DNA from: a virus
Reading direction: 5' to 3' (one strand)
Virus record (IMG/VR): IMGVR_UViG_3300045988_010351
Length of the DNA stretch: 64,000 bases
Position numbers and translations under genes: made by a program. Below are positions 17,797 through 24,217 of the stretch, piece after piece. The notes beneath the pieces are model-generated. The model worked only from the letters and a program-made list of their open reading frames with translations. It did not search any database and was not told the DNA's origin. How positions within the stretch are numbered: the stretch's first letter is position 1; each line of letters starts with the position of its first letter.

Positions 17797-20105
17797 TGAT
17801 ATATTTTGTTACTGGTCAGGGAGAACTATTTGAGTTTCCTGATGCTAGGTATAAGTGTATCTCTGTAGAGGAGTCTCTTAAAATATTAGAGCCTCTTCGA
17901 GTGGTAGGTTTAGATACTGAAACTACAGGTACAGAGATATGGCAGGGTAAATTGCTTACTCTTCAGCTTGGTAATAAGGAAAATCAAGTTGTAATAGATT
18001 GTATGACTATTGATGTCAGGCAGTATAAGGATTATCTTGAAAGTGACAGATTATTCATTATTCATAATGCAAAGTTTGATTTAAGATGGCTGTATAAGGA
18101 ACATATTGTAGTCAGAAATGTCTATGATACTTATTTAGCTGAAAAGATTCTATTTCTTGGATTCCCACCTGGTATTGTATCTCTCTCTTTACAGGCTTGT
18201 TGTGATAGGTATTTACATATCTATCTTGACAAGACTGTGAGAGGACAGATACATGCAGGTATGACAGAAGAGGTTATAGTCTATGCTGCAAATGATGTTG
18301 TACATCTTGAGGATATTATGAACTTGCAGCTTATTACTATCAATGCAAGAGGTCAGAAAGTGGCACTTGATATTGAGAATGAGTTTGTAAGAGTCCTTGC
18401 ATACATTGAATATTGTGGCATTAAACTTGACCCTATTAAGTGGAAGGCTAAGATGGATAAGGATGCTGAGAGGTTAAGAGTTGCTGAGCAGAAACTCAAT
18501 GATTGGGTAGTGGATTATGTAATGAAAAAGAATGACCCTTCCCTCATTGCAAGAAACTATGATACCCATAAGAAAGGCAAGTCAGCCAAACTTGCAGATA
18601 ATGTGTATGTAGTAATACCACAGCCATCATTATTTGCTGAGTTTGATACTGGGCCTCAATGTATCATTAACTGGAATAGTTCTAAGCAGGTAATCAAATT
18701 GTTTGAGGAACTTGGGTTTGACCTATTAGTCAAAGACAAGAAAACAGGCAAGATGAAAAAGTCTGTAGAGTCTAAGTTTATAGAGTTGCAAGCAAGTAAG
18801 AGTAGTATTGTTCCTTTATACTTGGAGTATTCAGCAGCTTTCAAGGTAGTGACATCTTTTGGTCAGAACTTCCTTGATGCCATTAATCCTGTTACACAGA
18901 GAATCCACCCAACATTCAATCAAATGATGGATACAGGTAGGTTATCTTGTGGTTCAGGAGGAAAGGGTAAAGGAGGTAAGACTAAAGATGATGATATTGC
19001 AGAGGAGGCAGATGAGAACAAAGACACCCCTACACAAGCAAATAATAAGAGTGTTAATGTTCAACAACTGCCAGCCACAGAAGAAACAAGGGCAGCATTT
19101 GTACCTGAAAAGGGTCATTTGCTTGTAGATTGTGATTATGGAGACCAAGAGGGCCATGTATTCACTGAACTATCCAATGATAGGGAATGGATTGCATTTT
19201 ATAATGACCCTGCCCAAAGAGATGGACATTCCTTTGTAGCCAAGATGTGTTTCCCTAAAGACCTTGATGGTGTAGAGGAGAAAGATGTCAAGAAGGTAAG
19301 AAAAGACCTTAGAGATTTGGCTAAGAAGGCAAGGTTCTGTTTCAATTATAATGGTCAGGCTCCTACAATGGCAACTAATTGTAACATCCCTGTGGACTTT
19401 GCAACTGAGATTTATAACAACTATTTCAAGAGATTTAATGGTATAGCAAGCTATTTCAAGGTACAAAAGAGAGATATGTGGAATAGAGGCTATATCCTAA
19501 TCTCAAAGATAACTGGACTAAGGGCATACATCTATGACTATCCTATACTAAAAGGTATTGAAAGGAGAAAGAATGGTATGGAAGATTTCTGGGATATATA
19601 CAAAGCTGCAAGAGATAGTGGCAGAGTAATATCTGAGATTCCACCATCTGTCATGCAAGAAATTGCAAAGAAGTTTGCCCAAGGTGTTCCTATTGAAGAA
19701 ATAGCTGTTAGGTATTCATATAAGGTTAAAAAGGCAGGTAAGGTAGAAGAAAGATTCATTGATATTAACAGGGAAACTGTATATGTGTCAGTGATGAAAC
19801 ACTTATGGAAGAGAAAGAGTGCATCTGATAATCAGTCATGTAACTATCCATCTCAAGGAACTGCTGCTGCAATGACTAAGATAGCAGGTATCAGGTATTT
19901 CAATCACTTAGTTAATGATGGGCTTATATTTAAGGTCCTTATTCCTAATGATGTGCATGATGAATACTTGATAGAGCCACCTGAAGAAATTGCAGAGCAG
20001 GAAGCTAAGAAGTTAAGTGAGTGTATGGAATATGCGGCTAATATCTTTTGTAAGAAAGTATCTATTAAAGCTGTGCCAGAAATTGCCCCTTGTTGGGTAC
20101 ATTAA
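17793..20105 (+). CDS. DNA polymerase, family A (Pol I-like) with 3'-5' proofreading exonuclease
   Basis: Exo I VVGLDTETTG, Exo II IIHNAKFDLRWL, Exo III YAANDVVHL. Pol motif A-like DCDYGDQEGHVF, motif B-like RDLAKKARFCFNYNGQ, motif C VHDEYL. Low-complexity Gly/Lys/acidic insertion around 18950-19090. Confidence 0.85.
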   Translation: MMIYFVTGQGELFEFPDARYKCISVEESLKILEPLRVVGLDTETTGTEIWQGKLLTLQLGNKENQVVIDCMTIDVRQYKDYLESDRLFIIHNAKFDLRWLYKEHIVVRNVYDTYLAEKILFLGFPPGIVSLSLQACCDRYLHIYLDKTVRGQIHAGMTEEVIVYAANDVVHLEDIMNLQLITINARGQKVALDIENEFVRVLAYIEYCGIKLDPIKWKAKMDKDAERLRVAEQKLNDWVVDYVMKKNDPSLIARNYDTHKKGKSAKLADNVYVVIPQPSLFAEFDTGPQCIINWNSSKQVIKLFEELGFDLLVKDKKTGKMKKSVESKFIELQASKSSIVPLYLEYSAAFKVVTSFGQNFLDAINPVTQRIHPTFNQMMDTGRLSCGSGGKGKGGKTKDDDIAEEADENKDTPTQANNKSVNVQQLPATEETRAAFVPEKGHLLVDCDYGDQEGHVFTELSNDREWIAFYNDPAQRDGHSFVAKMCFPKDLDGVEEKDVKKVRKDLRDLAKKARFCFNYNGQAPTMATNCNIPVDFATEIYNNYFKRFNGIASYFKVQKRDMWNRGYILISKITGLRAYIYDYPILKGIERRKNGMEDFWDIYKAARDSGRVISEIPPSVMQEIAKKFAQGVPIEEIAVRYSYKVKKAGKVEERFIDINRETVYVSVMKHLWKRKSASDNQSCNYPSQGTAAAMTKIAGIRYFNHLVNDGLIFKVLIPNDVHDEYLIEPPEEIAEQEAKKLSECMEYAANIFCKKVSIKAVPEIAPCWVH

Positions 20106-20116
20106 AAAAAAATAAT

Positions 20117-20365
20117 ATGAAACAGAATATTGACAATGTTAATCATCCTCCACATTACACATGGCTTAAAGATAAGTGTGGAATTGAAGTGATTGATATA
20201 ACAAGACACATGGACTTTTGCTTAGGCAATGCTATTAAGTATATACTTAGAGCAGGGCATAAACAAGATGCAAGCCTTACAGATAATCAGAAAGAGATTG
20301 AAGATTTGAAGAAGGCTATATGTTATATCAATGACAGGATAAAACAATTAGGTGGTGAAGTATGA
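20117..20365 (+). CDS. DUF3310-like phage protein
   Basis: NVNHPPHYT...IEVIDI...GNAIKYILRAGHK...DLKKAICYINDRI matches my recollection of the widespread phage DUF3310 pattern (HY, GN.iKY, DL.KA..Y). Start placed at the ATG after the polA stop and an A9 tract rather than at the overlapping upstream ATG. Confidence 0.45.
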   Translation: MKQNIDNVNHPPHYTWLKDKCGIEVIDITRHMDFCLGNAIKYILRAGHKQDASLTDNQKEIEDLKKAICYINDRIKQLGGEV

Positions 20366-20505
20366 CATTTATAATTCATTTTAAGGATGGTCACAGAGAG
20401 ACCTACAGTAACAGGTATGACGAGGATGATGAACATGAAAGGGATGCTGCATGGGATGATGTCTATGCAGCATTCCCTAATGCTGATTATATAGAAGAGT
20501 ACTAA
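20362..20505 (+). CDS. small acidic protein (47 aa)
   Basis: ORF MTFIIHFKDGHRETYSNRYDEDDEHERDAAWDDVYAAFPNADYIEEY. ATGA overlap with the upstream stop. Confidence 0.3.
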   Translation: MTFIIHFKDGHRETYSNRYDEDDEHERDAAWDDVYAAFPNADYIEEY

Positions 20506-20506
20506 T

Positions 20507-20668
20507 ATGAAAAAAGCAATTTTAGTAGCTATAGTATATATTATAATATTTGCTATGGAAATACTAGTGTACTGTATATCTAAAGAAGGTGCTATTTACT
20601 ATTTTGGTCTTATGACACTAATTGCATTTGTAATTACTTTTGGTGCTTCTTTAGATGAGAATGATTAA
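20507..20668 (+). CDS. small membrane protein (53 aa, two predicted TM segments)
   Basis: ORF MKKAILVAIVYIIIFAMEILVYCISKEGAIYYFGLMTLIAFVITFGASLDEND. Below the 60 aa cut-off of the ORF track; read directly from the sequence. Confidence 0.35.
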   Translation: MKKAILVAIVYIIIFAMEILVYCISKEGAIYYFGLMTLIAFVITFGASLDEND

Positions 20669-20680
20669 ATCAATTATAAT

Positions 20681-20863
20681 ATGAGTAAAGAGAAATTTAA
20701 TATAATCTATAAGTACTTTGCAAAACCTATTGCTAATATGAAAATAACTTATAATAATAGTGCATTGACTATAGAAGCTGGAGTGGTAAATCCTAAAGTA
20801 AGCAAGTGTTTTCAAGCTCTAATGGATGCGTTAAATGAACAACTAGATAGTTATAGAAAATGA
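20681..20863 (+). CDS. small hypothetical protein (60 aa)
   Basis: ORF, overlapping ATGA with the next gene. Confidence 0.35.
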   Translation: MSKEKFNIIYKYFAKPIANMKITYNNSALTIEAGVVNPKVSKCFQALMDALNEQLDSYRK

Positions 20864-21288
20864 TAATAGCAGTAGACTTTGATGGCACTTGTGTTACACA
20901 TGAGTTCCCTAAAGTAGGCAAAGATATAGGAGCAGTTCCTATCTTGAAGGAGTTAGTAGAGAAAGGTCATAAGATTATTCTTTACACTATGAGAAGCCAT
21001 CCTGATAAAAATAATCATGGTAAAACTATTAGTGGAAAGATTATATCTAATGATACTTTACAAGATGCTATTAATTGGTTTAAGAAGAATGGAATATCTT
21101 TATGGGGAATAAATGAGAATCCTAACCAAAAGAAATGGACATCATCTCCTAAGATACATGCTAATATCTATATAGATGATGCAGCACTTGGAACACCACT
21201 AAAATATGATAAAGATGGTGCATTATCTAGACCTTATGTAGATTGGGACAAAATGAGAATTTTATTAAAAATTAAAGGAGTTTTATAA
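20860..21288 (+). CDS. polynucleotide 3'-phosphatase, HAD-like (T4 Pnk phosphatase-domain homolog)
   Basis: MIIAVDFDGTCV is the HAD motif I DxDGT, and parallels AVIFDVDGTL in the T4 Pnk phosphatase domain. A later IYIDDAALG parallels the T4 AIDDRTQ motif. Confidence 0.65.
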   Translation: MIIAVDFDGTCVTHEFPKVGKDIGAVPILKELVEKGHKIILYTMRSHPDKNNHGKTISGKIISNDTLQDAINWFKKNGISLWGINENPNQKKWTSSPKIHANIYIDDAALGTPLKYDKDGALSRPYVDWDKMRILLKIKGVL

Positions 21289-21289
21289 T

Positions 21290-21748
21290 ATGGCTAAAAT
21301 AATTTTATGTAGAGGCATTCAAGGTAGCGGTAAGACTACATGGGCTAAACAATGGGTACTTGAAGACCCAGAACATAGAGTAAGATTCAATAATGATGAC
21401 ATCAGAAATATGTTAGGCAAGTATTGGGTTCCAAGTAGAGAAGATTTAGTAAAGGGCTTGAAAGATACTTTTCTATGTAGCTCTATGTACTATGGTTTTG
21501 ATATTGTTATTGATAATATGAATCTTAATCCTAGGGAATTAGAGTACTATAATAAAGTGCTTGATAATTGGAATAATCCTAAAGGAGCAATATCTGATAT
21601 GGTTAGACGAAAGTATGACCTTGAATTTAAGAACTTCTTTATACCTCTTGAAGAGTGTATAGAAAGGGACTCAAAGAGACCTAATCCTATAGGAGAAGAG
21701 GTTATAAGAAAGACTTATGAAAAGTATAAAGACATTTTGAAGGTATAG
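21290..21748 (+). CDS. pnk: polynucleotide 5'-kinase (T4 Pnk kinase-domain homolog)
   Basis: [22 protein letters not shown] versus T4 Pnk [31 protein letters not shown] versus [20 protein letters not shown] versus ISDTNLNPERR. C-terminal [25 protein letters not shown] versus [32 protein letters not shown] lies 12 nt upstream of the ATG. Confidence 0.75.
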   Translation: [152 protein letters not shown]

Positions 21749-21749
21749 T

Positions 21750-21953
21750 ATGAGACAGTATACATCAAGAGAGTTCATAAAGATAGTGGAATTTAATAGT
21801 TTCTATTATAGCAGACATAATGGAGACCATGCTATCTATGTGAATGATAAGGGAAAGCATATCAGCATACCCAAGAATCTTGAATGTGTAATTGCTCGAA
21901 GACTGATTAAAGAAAATAACTTGATAACAGACATTAAAAGAAAGAAAAAATGA
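21750..21953 (+). CDS. hicA: HicA-like mRNA interferase toxin domain protein
   Basis: Compare E. coli HicA MKQSEFRRWLESQG...GSNHLKLRFHGRRSVMPRHP...KAILKQLGL with this ORF: MRQYTSREFIKIVEFN...NGDHAIYVNDKGKHISIPKNL...RRLIKENNL. They share length, the conserved His, and spacing. Confidence 0.65.
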   Translation: MRQYTSREFIKIVEFNSFYYSRHNGDHAIYVNDKGKHISIPKNLECVIARRLIKENNLITDIKRKKK

Positions 21954-22294
21954 CTGAAAGTGGATATTACCCCCCAGGGGCAGAACATGACCCTAATGCA
22001 CCCTGGAATCAGGTTGATAATCCTGAAAGGGAAATTGAGGTCACAGTAAGTGTCACCCTTAGTAAAACTGTAAAGATTAAGGTATCTGACTATGAGATTA
22101 CTGACTCTGGAAAGGATGAAGATGGTGAGTATTTTGAGGATATAGATTATTCAAACTGTGACCTTAAAGATGCAGTTGAAGAGCAGATTGCATTGCCTCA
22201 AAATGCTTATATATATGTTAAGAGCAAGCCAGAAGTACATGAGGATTTAAGTAATTGGTGTGTTGATGATTTTGAAGTGAATTTGGAGGAATAA
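21950..22294 (+). CDS. acidic hypothetical protein (114 aa), translationally coupled to hicA-like gene
   Basis: ATGA overlap with the hicA-like stop. Strongly acidic. No HicB-like (RNase H-like N-terminal domain, RHH/HTH) pattern recognisable. Confidence 0.45.
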   Translation: MTESGYYPPGAEHDPNAPWNQVDNPEREIEVTVSVTLSKTVKIKVSDYEITDSGKDEDGEYFEDIDYSNCDLKDAVEEQIALPQNAYIYVKSKPEVHEDLSNWCVDDFEVNLEE

Positions 22295-22296
22295 TT

Positions 22297-22455
22297 ATGG
22301 AAAGATTAGTTGTAATGGACTTCTCTGATAGCAGTGTAACTATATATGAAAATCCTGAAGATAAGAGTACAGAAGAATTACTTAAAGAAAGAGGACATAA
22401 TATAGATGAATGTAGTGTTATGTTTTGTGAAAGTGTAACTATAAATTTGAAATAA
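22297..22455 (+). CDS. small hypothetical protein (52 aa)
   Basis: ORF MERLVVMDFSDSSVTIYENPEDKSTEELLKERGHNIDECSVMFCESVTINLK, read directly; below the ORF-track threshold. Confidence 0.3.
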   Translation: MERLVVMDFSDSSVTIYENPEDKSTEELLKERGHNIDECSVMFCESVTINLK

Positions 22456-23462
22456 TGAAATTGATTAAACCTTATTTTGAAATATGGGAACAACCTGCTG
22501 GTCTTGAAGGAGTTTATAAACAGATTGAGAAGGTAGGTAGAGTATGTTATAAGTCTGAGGATAAAATAACAGAAGGTTCTGCTAAGCCATTTGTAGATAG
22601 GATGATTAAAAGTGGCCATGGTGCTATGTTGGAACATGGTACAGTATATTTACATCAACATCAGACTTATCACTATGATGGCATGTATGGAGATGATAAA
22701 TATCCAGATAGAGAATTTCTTTCTAAATATGCGCAAAATAAATATTCCGAATATGTTAGAATAGGTGATGAGCATTATGCAACTACTAATATGAGAGTAT
22801 TGGTAGAGAATGGCTGGCTTGATGACTTGAAGTATATCTGTGAACCTACAGAGTATCATGAGAGAAGAGTTACTGTACACTTTGTCTGTGATAGGGGTGT
22901 GTCCCATGAATTTGTAAGGCATAGAGTAATGTCTTTTGCTCAAGAAAGTACTAGGTATTGTAACTACTCCAAGGATAAATTTGGTAATGAACTTACCTTC
23001 ATTATTCCTTGTTGGTTAGATATACCAGAAGGAAGAGCATATTTCCATGATGGTATAAATTACAGAGTTGGAGCTACAATGGAGAACCCATTTGGAGAGT
23101 CTGTTAACTTCAAGGCTTGGGTAAATAAAAAGAGTAATTATGTAGAAGTACATGATTACATTCAAGCATTAGATAGTGCTGAGGAGGCATATTTTAGGTT
23201 GATGGATAAATGGGAAAATAGAGTTGCTGATAGAAGATATATTACAGGATTCAAAGGTAATCCATGGACACCTCAGCAAGCAAGAGCTGTTTTGCCAAAC
23301 TCCTTAAAGACAGAATTGGTTGTAACTGGATTTACATCTGATTGGAATCACTTCTTTGACCTAAGAGCAAGAGGTACTACAGGTGCTCCACATCCTCAGG
23401 CCAAGGAATTAGCAGAACCTTTAATGAGGGAATTTGTTACAAGGAAGTATATTAATAACTAA
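22455..23462 (+). CDS. thyX: flavin-dependent thymidylate synthase (ThyX)
   Basis: ThyX signature RHRVMSFAQES (RHRxxSxxxxS). Length 335 aa. Confidence 0.85.
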   Translation: MKLIKPYFEIWEQPAGLEGVYKQIEKVGRVCYKSEDKITEGSAKPFVDRMIKSGHGAMLEHGTVYLHQHQTYHYDGMYGDDKYPDREFLSKYAQNKYSEYVRIGDEHYATTNMRVLVENGWLDDLKYICEPTEYHERRVTVHFVCDRGVSHEFVRHRVMSFAQESTRYCNYSKDKFGNELTFIIPCWLDIPEGRAYFHDGINYRVGATMENPFGESVNFKAWVNKKSNYVEVHDYIQALDSAEEAYFRLMDKWENRVADRRYITGFKGNPWTPQQARAVLPNSLKTELVVTGFTSDWNHFFDLRARGTTGAPHPQAKELAEPLMREFVTRKYINN

Positions 23463-23473
23463 AAAAAAAGATT

Positions 23474-24103
23474 ATGGCTATTGAACAAATAAATCAGTTA
23501 AAGCAAGGTTCCATTATTAGTGAGAGTTCTCACTATATTGTGAACAGAGTGTCAGGTTCTAATGCTTGGCTTACTCACTTTGAAAGTGGTGAAGAGGTCC
23601 AGATTGGTATGAGCTATCTAAAGAACTATACTAATTCTGCTGACCTTTATGATACTACAGTGGAAGTGACTAAGGAGGATAAAAAAGATGGTACTCTTGG
23701 CATTAGAAGTATATGGGAGAACATCCATTCTGGCCAAGTATTTACTGTATGCTTCAAGAAGCAGGATAAACCTAAGAGTAAGAGAAAGTTACAGGAAGAG
23801 ATTGATGCTATTGTAGAGCAGTTCTCAAATAGCATTGATACAGTTAAGAACAATAAGAAAGGTGTTGCAAATGCAGCAAAGAATCTTGTTACTGAGCTGG
23901 TTAATAATCCTGTACTCCCTTATGAGGAGGGTGAAGATAGAGTCCTTAGAGGCTACAAGATTCAATTTGAATCTAGGGATGGCAGATATGATTGTGTGGA
24001 CATGGATATTGTCAGGACTGATAAAGAGTCTGGCATTAGACCTGTTAATATAAACACAATCAAATGGCTTATATTTAATGGTGTAAAATACATTGTTAAA
24101 TAA
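23474..24103 (+). CDS. hypothetical protein (209 aa)
   Basis: ORF preceded by an A9 tract. Followed by a strong terminator. Confidence 0.5.
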   Translation: MAIEQINQLKQGSIISESSHYIVNRVSGSNAWLTHFESGEEVQIGMSYLKNYTNSADLYDTTVEVTKEDKKDGTLGIRSIWENIHSGQVFTVCFKKQDKPKSKRKLQEEIDAIVEQFSNSIDTVKNNKKGVANAAKNLVTELVNNPVLPYEEGEDRVLRGYKIQFESRDGRYDCVDMDIVRTDKESGIRPVNINTIKWLIFNGVKYIVK

Positions 24104-24114
24104 GTCAATTGATA

Positions 24115-24156
24115 AGGGAGGATAAGTTAAGTGCTTATTCTCCCTCTAGCTTTTTG
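24115..24156 (+). terminator. intrinsic terminator
   Basis: AGGGAGGATAAG (24115-24126) pairs with CTTATTCTCCCT (24134-24145): 12 bp with one G-U. 7-nt loop. Then CTAGCTTTTT. Confidence 0.7.
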
Positions 24157-24164
24157 AATAAAAG

Positions 24165-24203
24165 CTTGTGTACTACAATTAAATTCCTTACCTTTGCACA
24201 AAT
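24165..24203 (+). promoter_or_regulatory. Bacteroidetes-type sigma-A promoter (-33 CTTG, -7 TACCTTTG)
   Basis: Perfect TAnnTTTG at 24189-24196. CTTG lies 20 nt upstream (24165-24168). Predicted TSS about 24203, giving a 15 nt leader to ATG 24218 with no SD. Confidence 0.5.
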
Positions 24204-24217
24204 AATACTTTTAATAT

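Noticed and set aside
21950-22294. Downstream partner of the HicA-like gene as a canonical HicB antitoxin
   Set aside because: The 114 aa protein is highly acidic and shows none of the HicB features I know (partial RNase H-like N-terminal fold pattern, C-terminal RHH/HTH). I kept it as a possible novel partner rather than calling it HicB.
22442-22449. TAAATTTG (perfect TAnnTTTG) 5 nt upstream of the thyX ATG as an internal promoter
   Set aside because: No suitably spaced -33 TTTG (the nearest TTTG is only 14 nt upstream), and the box would leave essentially no leader. Could be a chance occurrence in AT-rich DNA, or a leaderless-mRNA promoter. Not called.
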